Source of the DNA: a virus | Lineage: Duplodnaviria > Caudoviricetes | Direction: 5' to 3' (one strand) | Virus record (IMG/VR): IMGVR_UViG_3300042465_005116 | Span: 1-64,000 of that record | Length of the DNA: 64,000 nt | Shown here: piece after piece, positions 45,593-55,726 of the stretch | Position numbering within the stretch: position 1 is the first letter of the stretch | Layout: each line of letters opens with the position of its first letter | The notes under the pieces: model-generated | Told to the model about the DNA's origin: nothing | Databases searched by the model: none | The model's input: only the letters and a program-made list of their open reading frames with translations | Position numbers and translations under genes: made by a program

Positions 45593-46584
45593 TATGGTTT
45601 TGAATTTGGATTATATAAATGTTTATTTGCTTTATACCACTCAATGGTTTCTTTAAGAGCTTCTTTTAGATTTCTCTTTGGTTTCCATCCTAAATCATTA
45701 ATCTTTTTAGAAGATAATAATCGGATAGGAATCATTGGTGCCTTATTATTTACAAATTCAATTGGGTTAGTATTACCATCTAATTCTTTAATGGTTGCAA
45801 GTGTTTCATTTACTGTAAATCCTTCACCATAACATACATTAAAAATATCGTATGTATCATTATTCTCTGCTACAAAGATAAACCCATCTGCCATATCTTC
45901 AACGTGTAGTAAATCTCGTACTTCCGTTCCATCACCCCAAACTGGTATTGGATTTAAACCATCTGCTACTTTACGAATGTTTGCCGGAGTAACGTGACAC
46001 TTTTCAAAATCAAACTTATCATTTGGGCCGAATGCGTTTGAAGGTCTAACAATTAAACATTGCATTGGTTCGTGAATTTGGTTAGAAAAGAAATCACATA
46101 ACATTTCGCCATATCTTTTCATACCACCAACTGCTTTGTAAACTGGTAACATAGGAGTTGCGTGAATATTCATATCCTCAGTACAAAATTCAGTACCCAT
46201 ATCTGGATACGTTGTGTTTGATGAAATAAATAAAAATTTACGAACTTTGTTTTTCCAACTTTGCTCTAATAAATTTACATTCATCTCTACATTTGGAGTA
46301 ACGTGTAATAGTGGATTAAATTTAGTATCCAATGCGTTTGATGTGTTTGCTGCACAATGGAATACTACATCAACATCTTTACTGATTAACTGACAAAACT
46401 CTGCAGTTTGTAAATCACCTTTGATATGTTCTATTTCCGATGTTCCTTCAAAATCGTTTCTCAAATCTCTACTGAAAGAGGTTGAGCGAAGGTTTCGATA
46501 ACCCTTCTCATATAATAATCTTAATAAATGTGAACCTATAAATCCACTTGCACCCGTAACTAAAACTTTGTCTGTTTTTTTCAT
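45592..46584 (-). CDS. NAD-dependent epimerase/reductase, GDP-L-fucose synthase-like
   Basis: TGASGFIG, YxxxK-like (YKAVGGMK), RPSNAFGPNDKF...CHVTPA and WGDGTEVRDLLHV. Confidence 0.85.
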   Translation of the reverse strand: MKKTDKVLVTGASGFIGSHLLRLLYEKGYRNLRSTSFSRDLRNDFEGTSEIEHIKGDLQTAEFCQLISKDVDVVFHCAANTSNALDTKFNPLLHVTPNVEMNVNLLEQSWKNKVRKFLFISSNTTYPDMGTEFCTEDMNIHATPMLPVYKAVGGMKRYGEMLCDFFSNQIHEPMQCLIVRPSNAFGPNDKFDFEKCHVTPANIRKVADGLNPIPVWGDGTEVRDLLHVEDMADGFIFVAENNDTYDIFNVCYGEGFTVNETLATIKELDGNTNPIEFVNNKAPMIPIRLLSSKKINDLGWKPKRNLKEALKETIEWYKANKHLYNPNSKP

Positions 46585-46587
46585 AAC

Positions 46588-47553
46588 TTATTTTTTGTAT
46601 TCATTTAAATAATAATCAATTGTATGTCTTAATCCTGTCTTTAAGGATATTTTTTGTTTAATTCCAAATGATTCTGCTCTTTCAGTGCTCATTAATCTTT
46701 TCTCATCACCATTTGGTTTTGTTGGGTCCCAGTTTATTTCAACTTTTTCACCATACATCTCTTCGTATATTTCTACAAGAGTTTCTGCAAGTTGTTTAAT
46801 TGTTACACCTGTTCCACTACCTAAATTTATTGGTTGTGTTAATTTTTGTTCGTATGCCTGAATAATTCCATCAGCAACATCTCCTGCATAGATAAAATCT
46901 CTAATTGGAGAACCATCTCCCCAACATACTAATGGATGTTCTTTTTCACCAAATAAACGTTTGATTAGGGATGCAATGACGGTAGATTCTGGACTAAAGT
47001 TATCGTGTCTACCATAAATGTTTGCCGGTCTTACAATTGATACTTTATTCCAATCGTATGATACTGAATATACTTCTGCTTGAAGTTCTCCAAGTCTCTT
47101 AGCCCAACCTGCGTATTTATCCTTTTCTGATGGGAACGTTTTCCAAACATCATCTTCATAAAATACTTCCGCCGGTTGATATACTCCAACTGTCGATGTG
47201 TAAACATACCATTCTACATTTTCTAAACGTGCAGCTTCCATCATATTGGTATTAAACTGCAACATTGGTACGAAATAATCTGCGGGTTGTTCGGCTGCTC
47301 TTTTTGGAGAACCCTTTACGCCTGCAATGTGGAAAATTATATCCTGCCCTTCAACTACTCTTTTACAATTTTTGAATTCTCTCAAATCAGCTTTAATAAA
47401 CTGATAGTTATCTACATTGTATTTTTCTAATTGATTTTCGGGAGTATTAATATCCACTGCGGTTACAAATGCTCCTCTTTGAATACATTTGTCAACCATA
47501 TAATTACCAACTAAGCCGTTGGCACCTGTTATCAAAACCTTTTTACCATTCAT
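46588..47553 (-). CDS. NAD-dependent epimerase/reductase, GDP-L-fucose synthase-like
   Basis: TGANGLVG, YAGWAK, RPANIYGRHDNF and WGDGSPIRDFIY. Confidence 0.85.
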   Translation of the reverse strand: MNGKKVLITGANGLVGNYMVDKCIQRGAFVTAVDINTPENQLEKYNVDNYQFIKADLREFKNCKRVVEGQDIIFHIAGVKGSPKRAAEQPADYFVPMLQFNTNMMEAARLENVEWYVYTSTVGVYQPAEVFYEDDVWKTFPSEKDKYAGWAKRLGELQAEVYSVSYDWNKVSIVRPANIYGRHDNFSPESTVIASLIKRLFGEKEHPLVCWGDGSPIRDFIYAGDVADGIIQAYEQKLTQPINLGSGTGVTIKQLAETLVEIYEEMYGEKVEINWDPTKPNGDEKRLMSTERAESFGIKQKISLKTGLRHTIDYYLNEYKK

Positions 47554-48733
47554 TTTCTATTGAATTTAAAATTTTACTAAATTCATCTACTTCCCAAAAG
47601 GTTTGTAGATGTTTTTTATTATATATACATATATCTAAAACTGATTTATAGTTTTTTTCACACTCCTCTAATGACCACTCACTAATTTGGGTTATTAAAT
47701 CAAATATTTTTATTAATCGGTCTTCATTATCAATAATTGAATCATATTTTTCATCCCAAATAGAATCGAATGTTTTGAATCCTAATTCTTTTAATTTTTT
47801 TAAATAATTTGGCGATGATAAAACTATAAATGGTTGTAAACACATTATTGGTTTTAATATTTTTTCCGTAAAAAATATTTGACCATCAGTAAAACACGTT
47901 TCTGTTACAATATGAAAATATGAATCTAAATAATGTTGTTTAAAAAAAGTGTTTCCAACATGGAATCCTTGAATTGATTTTAATCTATTTTGGGTATCCA
48001 ACTCCATTGGTATCTTTGATGTTACCGATTCCTTATATTTTTCTAAATATTTTAATTTTTCAAAATTATTTTCATGCAAATTCATTAATAATGAAAACAA
48101 TGATTTTTTATATAAATTTTCTTTTTCAAAAAATAATGATAAATAGTATCTATGAGGGCGTTGTGAATTTCTATTTAAACATAAAAAATGTTTATTTCGA
48201 TGTGTAATATTACGCACTTCTTCAATGGTCGGTATATCTGATATATAATTTAAATCGTTTAATTCATTTGGATGGTAATTACACATCACAATAAAATGTA
48301 GAGTTGTAAATATTTTAAAATTAGTATTTGTATCTAAAAAATTTTGATTTGAATCCAATAAAATTAAATGAGTTTCATCTAATTCAAATCTATTCAATTC
48401 TTTTATTAAATTATCAAAAAAATCAGATACTATTTCTGTTGCCTCTGCAATTGAGGCCAATAAAATTTTAGTTTTGTTTTGTTTTATTGTTTCAATAAAT
48501 TCTATTGGTAAGGTATCTAATAATGTTTTACCATTTTTATCTTTTCTATAAAAATCTCGTAATGATTCTCTACATTCTAATAAAAATATATTTTTGGTAG
48601 ATGTTGTTTTGTAATTAAAACTTTTATCAAAATTTGGATTATTTATAATATAGTTATACATGCCGGATTGATGAAATAATTCACTTCCATTTGATTCATC
48701 ATTACCAAATACAAAATTTAACGTATTACTCAT
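47543..48733 (-). CDS. Putative glycosyltransferase (GT10-like), paralog 2
   Basis: FLCLNRNSQRPHR...SYFHIVTET...FTEKILKPIMCLQPFI...LKELGFKTF. Confidence 0.5.
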   Translation of the reverse strand: MSNTLNFVFGNDESNGSELFHQSGMYNYIINNPNFDKSFNYKTTSTKNIFLLECRESLRDFYRKDKNGKTLLDTLPIEFIETIKQNKTKILLASIAEATEIVSDFFDNLIKELNRFELDETHLILLDSNQNFLDTNTNFKIFTTLHFIVMCNYHPNELNDLNYISDIPTIEEVRNITHRNKHFLCLNRNSQRPHRYYLSLFFEKENLYKKSLFSLLMNLHENNFEKLKYLEKYKESVTSKIPMELDTQNRLKSIQGFHVGNTFFKQHYLDSYFHIVTETCFTDGQIFFTEKILKPIMCLQPFIVLSSPNYLKKLKELGFKTFDSIWDEKYDSIIDNEDRLIKIFDLITQISEWSLEECEKNYKSVLDICIYNKKHLQTFWEVDEFSKILNSIENEW

Positions 48734-49734
48734 TATTTTCTAATTATTTTTTTTATAGAATTTCTAACAAATTTATTTTCATGTTTAAAACTATCAAATA
48801 AAGATTCGTTTTGTATATATCTCTTTTGACACATTTTATCAAACATAGTATCACCTAATAATATTTGTTGATGTGATATTACTAAGTCTGAAATATTATC
48901 TTTGATATATTGCTTTATTCCATCTACTATTTTTTGTTTATTTTCAAAATCAGATTCAGTTATTTCCCAATCACTATTTACAAATTTACCATCTATTAAA
49001 TCAATATATGTCCCAACTTTATCCACAAAAACAGATTCAAAAAAGATTATATTATCTTTAAATTTTGATTCGTAAAATGGATATAATCCAATTGCATCTT
49101 TTATAGGTAAATTACCTTTATATGTAAAATACTTGCCTCTGAATTTATAACCATAAATTTTTTCTAAATAGTATTGAGTAGTTCCTTGATATCCACTATC
49201 TACCATTAAAATATTTTGTGCCGAACCAATTGTTGTATCAATATACTCTTTATATTCAATTTGAAGTTTTTTTGATTTTGTTATAATTAATTCAACCCAA
49301 TCACTTAAATCTGGCAATCCCTTTGTTGTATCAATCCATTGTTTTGGAACGTTTATTTTAATACCAAATCTATCAAATAATAAATCATTTATATCACCTT
49401 CATATCTGTGTAACTCAAACGATTTATATATTTCAATTTCAGTTGTAAACGATATCATTGATGCTAATTTACGAGAAGTTTTAAAATACACACTATTTGG
49501 CAATTTGTATTTATCTTTATAGGTTTCCCATATATTTTTTAAAAAATATCCTTCTCTGGAATTAAATAGAATTAAATCTGCTCCATCTAAATTATCAATT
49601 AACCATTTAAAATAATTGAATACCAATGGGCCAAAGAATATATATCCTAAATCAAATACTGATTTTGGATTTTTAGTATGTTCTTTATCTAAAAAATTAT
49701 AATCCATAAACTTTGAAACATGATATTCCAACAC
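48733..49734 (-). CDS. Hypothetical protein resembling HAD-like proteins of polysaccharide loci
   Basis: LGYIFFGP...LFNSREG...TSR...VDSGYQGTTQ pattern. Confidence 0.5.
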   Translation of the reverse strand: MLEYHVSKFMDYNFLDKEHTKNPKSVFDLGYIFFGPLVFNYFKWLIDNLDGADLILFNSREGYFLKNIWETYKDKYKLPNSVYFKTSRKLASMISFTTEIEIYKSFELHRYEGDINDLLFDRFGIKINVPKQWIDTTKGLPDLSDWVELIITKSKKLQIEYKEYIDTTIGSAQNILMVDSGYQGTTQYYLEKIYGYKFRGKYFTYKGNLPIKDAIGLYPFYESKFKDNIIFFESVFVDKVGTYIDLIDGKFVNSDWEITESDFENKQKIVDGIKQYIKDNISDLVISHQQILLGDTMFDKMCQKRYIQNESLFDSFKHENKFVRNSIKKIIRK

Positions 49735-50134
49735 TATTCCACATTTGTATTATTTCTTCATCATCATCATAAGCACAGAATACGTCTGATTTGATTATAG
49801 TTTCATATACTTTCTTTTTATACACCGATGCTTTTAAAAAATATGAACTACGATTTCGCATAATTAATTGGTCGTATTCTATTTCATATTTTTTTAACCA
49901 TTCTTCCGTAACGCTTTTAACTGATTCTGGTCTTCCTGTTAAAATAATAACTTCAAATCCATCTTTTTTATATTTTTTTGCCAAATCAATCATAGGATAT
50001 AATGGTTTATCATTTTTTATAAGTTCTACACTATGTGCAATATCCCAATTAATTTTTCCGTTTTCTTTTTTTGCTATAGCAAATCTTTCATTACTAATAC
50101 AAAGTGTATTATCTATATCAATTATTACTTTCAT
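49697..50134 (-). CDS. HAD-superfamily phosphatase (PNKP 3'-phosphatase-like)
   Basis: DIDNT, LTGRPE, K...K and YDDD motifs. Confidence 0.8.
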   Translation of the reverse strand: MKVIIDIDNTLCISNERFAIAKKENGKINWDIAHSVELIKNDKPLYPMIDLAKKYKKDGFEVIILTGRPESVKSVTEEWLKKYEIEYDQLIMRNRSSYFLKASVYKKKVYETIIKSDVFCAYDDDEEIIQMWNSVGISCFKVYGL

Positions 50135-51336
50135 AAATCTCTTACACCTTGTTTTTCATAACTAACTGGTACTTTAATTCCGGTGTTACATCCATTACAA
50201 TTATCACAAAATGTAATATATCCTAAATCAGTATAACCTAAATCAAATTTTAATAATTCTTCTTTTGAAATTGTCTTTATATCAACATAATCATTTTCAT
50301 TTAATGGGAATATTTTTGTTCTAACTGCTGATGTATTAAGATGACAATAATAAAACTTACCATCATTTAATCCTCTAAATGGGGCAGTACACGAATCAAA
50401 GTGTTTTATTAATTCATCAGTTGGTAATTTTTTAGAAACCCTTAAATCACCAAAATCATACCATTCAATTTCATTCCTAACATAATGATTAATATTATTA
50501 TTTTTATAAACATCTAAAACTTTTGTTATTTTACTTTTTATAAATTCTAATTTATCACTATAATCACTAACACTTAAAATAACATCATTATCCTTTAATA
50601 ACTGGATAATAGTATCTTTTGGTAAAATTGTACCATTTGTAGTGATTATTAGTTTATCAATTTTGGTTATATAGTTTTCTAATATGTGTTTGATTACATT
50701 TTCTATATTTGGATATAAAAATGGCTCTCCGCCAACTAAATGAAAAACACTTACATAATCTACAATCTTAAAATAGGAATCTATATCAGAAATTATCGTA
50801 TCTAACTCCATGTGAACCGGGAATTCGTAATGCGGCATGAACATATTACAATGTGAGCAGTTCAAACTACATTTTTCGGTTACTAATACATCTGATTGGA
50901 ATATATGAACTATATTTTTGTATTTAAAGGGCCAAATTGATGCAATATTCTTATACCAAGTCCATTTTACATCATTTTTTTCTAAAAATTCTTTGTATTT
51001 TTGTTTATACACATCAGTTGTTACAATAACTTGTGTATTTGGTGTAATTTCAAAATTATCTATGTGAATTAGTTCAATATTTTTTCTTTTTAGTTCAATA
51101 TTTTTAGATTGATGATAAAAAGAACTAATTTCGTTGATATTATTTAAGGTAGTTGTATTTTTTACATCGTGGTCAACGATATATTTAATTTTTAACACAT
51201 TTTCACCTAATAATAAATCAATAGTTCTAATAAATTGGATGCATTCTTTACTTGCACCAAATAAAACATATTCAGTATCTAAGTTCCAATCTGAAATGAA
51301 CTTATCAAAATTATGTAACTCATTATTATATAACAT
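50131..51336 (-). CDS. Radical SAM protein
   Basis: CSLNCSHC, GGEPFL and TTNGT; C-terminal Cys cluster (CTA..., CDNCNGC). Confidence 0.9.
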   Translation of the reverse strand: MLYNNELHNFDKFISDWNLDTEYVLFGASKECIQFIRTIDLLLGENVLKIKYIVDHDVKNTTTLNNINEISSFYHQSKNIELKRKNIELIHIDNFEITPNTQVIVTTDVYKQKYKEFLEKNDVKWTWYKNIASIWPFKYKNIVHIFQSDVLVTEKCSLNCSHCNMFMPHYEFPVHMELDTIISDIDSYFKIVDYVSVFHLVGGEPFLYPNIENVIKHILENYITKIDKLIITTNGTILPKDTIIQLLKDNDVILSVSDYSDKLEFIKSKITKVLDVYKNNNINHYVRNEIEWYDFGDLRVSKKLPTDELIKHFDSCTAPFRGLNDGKFYYCHLNTSAVRTKIFPLNENDYVDIKTISKEELLKFDLGYTDLGYITFCDNCNGCNTGIKVPVSYEKQGVRDL

Positions 51337-51340
51337 ATTG

Positions 51341-51979
51341 TTAAAATACTACCCATTTACCTGTTCCGTAATGCGGATATTTTGATTTATATTTATAATA
51401 GATTACATCTTCTGGTATTTCTCTTTGAATTTCTCCCCAAGTATGTGAGGTTGGGGTATTTGTAGATACTTCATTATCTTCAACTACAAAATAAAGGGGT
51501 AAATTATGATTTCTAGCGTATTTATGTACTTCATAAAAGATTCCTGTTTCAAAAGTCATATCACCAATGAAACACCATACCTTTTTATCTTCACCTTTTA
51601 GTTTTATTGATTCAGCTGCACCTAAAGCAATTGGTAAAATCCCAGTTACTATTGCTGATGAGTAAAAATTACACTTTTTATTTACAATTGTTATACTTCG
51701 ACCATCTAAAATCTCATCTTTTAACCAAGATTCATCAATCCCATGCAAAAGTGCATGATAATGAGACCTCCAAGTAGAAAATACCCAATCATCTACCCCC
51801 ACTTTTTTGAATATTTCTATTAATTCATCCTCGTTTCCATTTGATAAATGTATTGGGCCTCGAATATCTCCTGTTTCCCAATGTTTAATAATATCATCTT
51901 CAAATTGAATGAGTTGTTCTTTTGTAAGATTACCATCAATCCATCTATCTTCGTGATAATTTAAATTTTTAATTTCCAT
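51341..51979 (-). CDS. TPP-dependent enzyme alpha-like subunit (PDH E1-alpha-like, short)
   Basis: GPIHLSNGNE, STWRSHYHALLHG and the TPP motif GDMTFETG...EDN. Confidence 0.85.
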   Translation of the reverse strand: MEIKNLNYHEDRWIDGNLTKEQLIQFEDDIIKHWETGDIRGPIHLSNGNEDELIEIFKKVGVDDWVFSTWRSHYHALLHGIDESWLKDEILDGRSITIVNKKCNFYSSAIVTGILPIALGAAESIKLKGEDKKVWCFIGDMTFETGIFYEVHKYARNHNLPLYFVVEDNEVSTNTPTSHTWGEIQREIPEDVIYYKYKSKYPHYGTGKWVVF

Positions 51980-52553
51980 TTTTATCTCTATTTGAAAGTA
52001 TTGGTTGTGCTACGGGCCATTCAACATTAAATCGTTTATCGTTAAACACTATTGTTTTTTGTTTATTCTCATCGTTATATTCACCTTCATATGCCATTTT
52101 GTAAAAAAAGATAGAATTATCCTCCATCACATAATGACCATTAGCAAACATTGGTGGAATTAGAACTTGAGTACCAGTTTCCGGTGAAATTATAAAAGAT
52201 TCCCATTTACCATAAGTTGGTGAGTTTGGTCTAACATCCATTACAACCAAATATATACGACCATGCAGACAACTTACTAATTTCCAAGTCTTTTCATCAT
52301 AGTGCATTCCTCTCAATACACCTACTTTTGATTTTGAGAACCTATCGTGTTTAAATTCTAACCCATTGTTGCGTTCAGCGGCGGGCAACAAACGGTCATA
52401 ATACTCTGAGTGATAAGTTGTAGAGATTGAACCTCTATATTCGTAATACGTGGATGGTTGTACGATTTTTATCTCTGGTAATACCAATCCATTGTAATAG
52501 TGAAAATCATTCCACTCTCGTTCTTTGTAAAATATACTACGTCCTGTTGCCAT
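51969..52553 (-). CDS. rmlC: dTDP-4-dehydrorhamnose 3,5-epimerase-like (RmlC cupin)
   Basis: GVLRGMHY, KLVSCLHGRIYLVVMDVRPNSPTYGKW, IPPMFANGH and LSNRD. Confidence 0.9.
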   Translation of the reverse strand: MATGRSIFYKEREWNDFHYYNGLVLPEIKIVQPSTYYEYRGSISTTYHSEYYDRLLPAAERNNGLEFKHDRFSKSKVGVLRGMHYDEKTWKLVSCLHGRIYLVVMDVRPNSPTYGKWESFIISPETGTQVLIPPMFANGHYVMEDNSIFFYKMAYEGEYNDENKQKTIVFNDKRFNVEWPVAQPILSNRDKNGN

Positions 52554-53508
52554 AACTTAAAGGGAATCCATTTCTATATTTTGAAGATAAGTCTTGGATT
52601 AAAATTTTATATGTTTTTATTAATTCTACGATTCCATCATCTAAACTATATTGTGGAGTCCAACCTAATGCTTCTAATTTAGAATTAGAAACAATATAAT
52701 CTCTTTTATCGGGGTCTTCATAATAATCCGAATATGTGATTGCAAAATCGGGTACATATTCTTTGATTTTTTCTACTAATTGCTGTTTTGATAAATTAGC
52801 GTTTGAAAGGCCCACATTAAATACGTCTCCTTTTAATTTTTCATAATTTTCTATCATATACACAAATGTATTTGCAACATCTCTGATATGAATGTAGTTT
52901 CTTATGAAATTTTTCTCAAAAATGGTGATGTACTTATCAGTTAATGCTTTGTAAACAAATTCGTTAACAAGTAAGTCCATTCTCATTCGTGGTGATGAAC
53001 CAAAGACGGTGGCAAGTCTAATTGAAATACCACCATAGTTTAATACTTCTCTCTCAGCATTAACTTTGGTTACACCATAATGAGAAATGGGGTTTAGTGG
53101 ACTCTCTTCAGTACACTCACCATTCTCTCCTATCCCATACCCACTATTTGTGTTGGGGTATATAATCTTTTTATTAGTATTCTTTATTCTATCACATATA
53201 AACTTTACTTGAGTATAATTGACTGCAGTAGCAAGGTCTTTATCTCTATCACATGCAGGAAATCCTACGATTGCTGCCAGAGGAATTATTACATCTGCTT
53301 CATCTACATATTTTGAAAGTTTTTCCTGGTCTCTAACATCCCCATAAACAAATTCAAAATTCTTTCTCCAACTATAATGTATTAATGATGTTTGATTGTA
53401 CATTAAATTATCATAAACTGTAAGTTTAGTAACTCCACCATTATTAAATAGACGTTCAATTAAAACTGAACCTAAATAACCTGCACCACCTGTAATTAAA
53501 ATATTCAT
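52537..53508 (-). CDS. NAD-dependent epimerase/dehydratase (extended SDR)
   Basis: TGGAGYLGS, LAAIVG, YGVTK and RLATVFG. Confidence 0.9.
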   Translation of the reverse strand: MNILITGGAGYLGSVLIERLFNNGGVTKLTVYDNLMYNQTSLIHYSWRKNFEFVYGDVRDQEKLSKYVDEADVIIPLAAIVGFPACDRDKDLATAVNYTQVKFICDRIKNTNKKIIYPNTNSGYGIGENGECTEESPLNPISHYGVTKVNAEREVLNYGGISIRLATVFGSSPRMRMDLLVNEFVYKALTDKYITIFEKNFIRNYIHIRDVANTFVYMIENYEKLKGDVFNVGLSNANLSKQQLVEKIKEYVPDFAITYSDYYEDPDKRDYIVSNSKLEALGWTPQYSLDDGIVELIKTYKILIQDLSSKYRNGFPLSYGNRT

Positions 53509-54941
53509 ATTAAATCTTTATTTAAAGCTTTATAAATTGTGTTTCCTAAATATTCGGGTAATAAATAACTTTGATATATTTTTACTAAATTATTAAAATT
53601 ATGTTCTAATACTTCAAACATATCAAAATAAATTTCATGTATTTCATCAATATCTAATTTAGATATTTTTAAGATTTCATTGTATGCTAATTCGAATCGT
53701 TTGTTTGTATTTATTTCTAAATCATATGATTCATCAACCCATTTATCAAATGTTTTAAACCCCAACTCTTTTAATGATTTTAATGTATATGGATTACCAA
53801 ATATAATAAATGGTTGTAAATTTATTACGGGTCTTAATGTTTTTTCAGTTATAAATGTATAATCAGAATGACAAGATGTTTCACACACAATATTAAAATA
53901 TGAATTTAAAAAATGCTCTTTTGTACTAATTTGATTATCTGCTCTAGCACATACATCAGCATCATCGTGGTCTAATTTTAATGGGTATGATTCATCAACA
54001 AATTTTTTTAAAATTTCTCTATCCTCTTTTGAAAATTTTAAAGTTTCAAATTCTAAATTACTAATTGATTTTAAAACATTATCATATTCTGATAACGCAC
54101 GTGATTCATATAATGAAACTAATGATTCTTTTAAAATTCCATCATTATATAATTTAGAAATAACATATGGACGATGTAATCTATTTGAATTACGATTATA
54201 TGATAAAAATTTATATTTTCTTATATTGGAATATGAATTAAAAGCATCATCATTTTTAACAAAAGTTAATTCTTTATTTGTCATAGAATCCGGTCTACCA
54301 TATACACGTGGGTCAAACCCCATTAAGATATACCAGGGAAATGTTTCGACTGAAAATTCATATTTTTGTGAATCTTTTTTTATTTGAAAATTATTATTTA
54401 CAAAAAAAACATCTTCTTTTTTAAATCCGTTTTTACTAACAAACCCATTAAAAAGTTCAATAGTTTTATCTGTTATTTCATAAGAACCTTCTCTCCAATC
54501 CATAATAAGTAAAATACAATTTTTATTATTTTTAATTAAATTGATTGTTGCTGGAGCTAATTTAAAATTATCAAACCCAAATTGTCTATGAACTGATATA
54601 GTATCCGCTTCTAATATTACTACATTTAAAATATCATCTTTTAATTCGGTTTCATTTATTTGGTATGGTAATTTAAATTTTACTATTGGTATTCTGTGTG
54701 CTTCATTTGAAAATTTTGATTTATACTCTTTTAAATAATTTAAAAATGGAGTATCAACATATCGTAATTCATATTTTTCTTTTGGTCTTGTTGGACGAGT
54801 TAAATGAACATCAAAATCTTTTATTTTTTTTAAATTATTTAAAAAAATTTCAGGCAAATCTTGTTGAGCATATCCAGAAAAAAGATATCCATTTGGTGTT
54901 ATATATTCACTTATTATATTAATTTTAGAATATAAAGACAT
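53505..54941 (-). CDS. Putative glycosyltransferase (GT10-like), paralog 3
   Basis: FLSYNRNSNRLHR...SYFNIVCET...ITEKTLRPVINLQPFI...LKELGFKTFDKWVDESYD. Confidence 0.5.
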   Translation of the reverse strand: MSLYSKINIISEYITPNGYLFSGYAQQDLPEIFLNNLKKIKDFDVHLTRPTRPKEKYELRYVDTPFLNYLKEYKSKFSNEAHRIPIVKFKLPYQINETELKDDILNVVILEADTISVHRQFGFDNFKLAPATINLIKNNKNCILLIMDWREGSYEITDKTIELFNGFVSKNGFKKEDVFFVNNNFQIKKDSQKYEFSVETFPWYILMGFDPRVYGRPDSMTNKELTFVKNDDAFNSYSNIRKYKFLSYNRNSNRLHRPYVISKLYNDGILKESLVSLYESRALSEYDNVLKSISNLEFETLKFSKEDREILKKFVDESYPLKLDHDDADVCARADNQISTKEHFLNSYFNIVCETSCHSDYTFITEKTLRPVINLQPFIIFGNPYTLKSLKELGFKTFDKWVDESYDLEINTNKRFELAYNEILKISKLDIDEIHEIYFDMFEVLEHNFNNLVKIYQSYLLPEYLGNTIYKALNKDLI

Positions 54942-54943
54942 AC

Positions 54944-55726
54944 TTAAATTAGAGTAGAAGATTTTTTATTTATACTATTCATTAATTCAACTTCGTAATT
55001 TTTAAAAGTTTCAATATACCACTGTCTTCTATGTCTTAGGTGGTTACAATGACCAGATTTATCTGATATTGTTGAGTATGTGCTTGAAACTCCATCATAT
55101 TCAAACCAAGTGTTTTCATATTTTGCATCATGCATTATTTCATCAAAATATATTTCGTCTTCTAATACTATTTTTGGAATAAAATAATCAACTGCTTTTA
55201 AGTAATCAATACTACCTGCCCAAAACCCATTATGTGGTATTGAATTTTTGTGATGATATGCACATCCTATATAAGTGTTACACCAACTGTAATCAATAAG
55301 GTCACCTGTATATTTATTTGCTGATGACATCATTAATTCATCTAATTCATTGTAGAAACAAACTACAAATTCTTTGTTTACACTATCATGTGAAACAAAT
55401 ACCTTTAACCATTCTTGATTTTCAATTTTTTGTGGTACAAAGACGTGGTTAAATTTTGGTTCTGCATCCGGTGTTTCCTTTGTCCACCAATCAAATTTAA
55501 TATATCCATCTAATGTTATATACAACCCTAAATGTAATCCTGGTTTACCAATAATACAACATGCATTATTTTCACCTTCATCTTTTTTAATTGCTTCAAA
55601 ATTTGTTTTAAATTTAGTAAACAAAGTAAAATCTCCTTGTACCCAAGCAGCTGAATTCTTATCTTTTAATCCATGTTGGTTTTCTATACAAATTTCCCAC
55701 CAATCTTTATAATTTATTTCTATCAT
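54944..55726 (-). CDS. Hypothetical protein (possible LamG/ConA-like beta sandwich)
   Basis: YIGC...FWAGSIDYL...FEYDG..ISDKSGHCNH resembles a LamG C-terminus. Confidence 0.45.
   Translation of the reverse strand: MIEINYKDWWEICIENQHGLKDKNSAAWVQGDFTLFTKFKTNFEAIKKDEGENNACCIIGKPGLHLGLYITLDGYIKFDWWTKETPDAEPKFNHVFVPQKIENQEWLKVFVSHDSVNKEFVVCFYNELDELMMSSANKYTGDLIDYSWCNTYIGCAYHHKNSIPHNGFWAGSIDYLKAVDYFIPKIVLEDEIYFDEIMHDAKYENTWFEYDGVSSTYSTISDKSGHCNHLRHRRQWYIETFKNYEVELMNSINKKSSTLI

Noticed and set aside
44313-51979. Pyruvate dehydrogenase as a central-metabolism auxiliary gene
   Set aside because: Both subunits are truncated, no E2/E3 is in the window, and the context is NDP-sugar enzymes.
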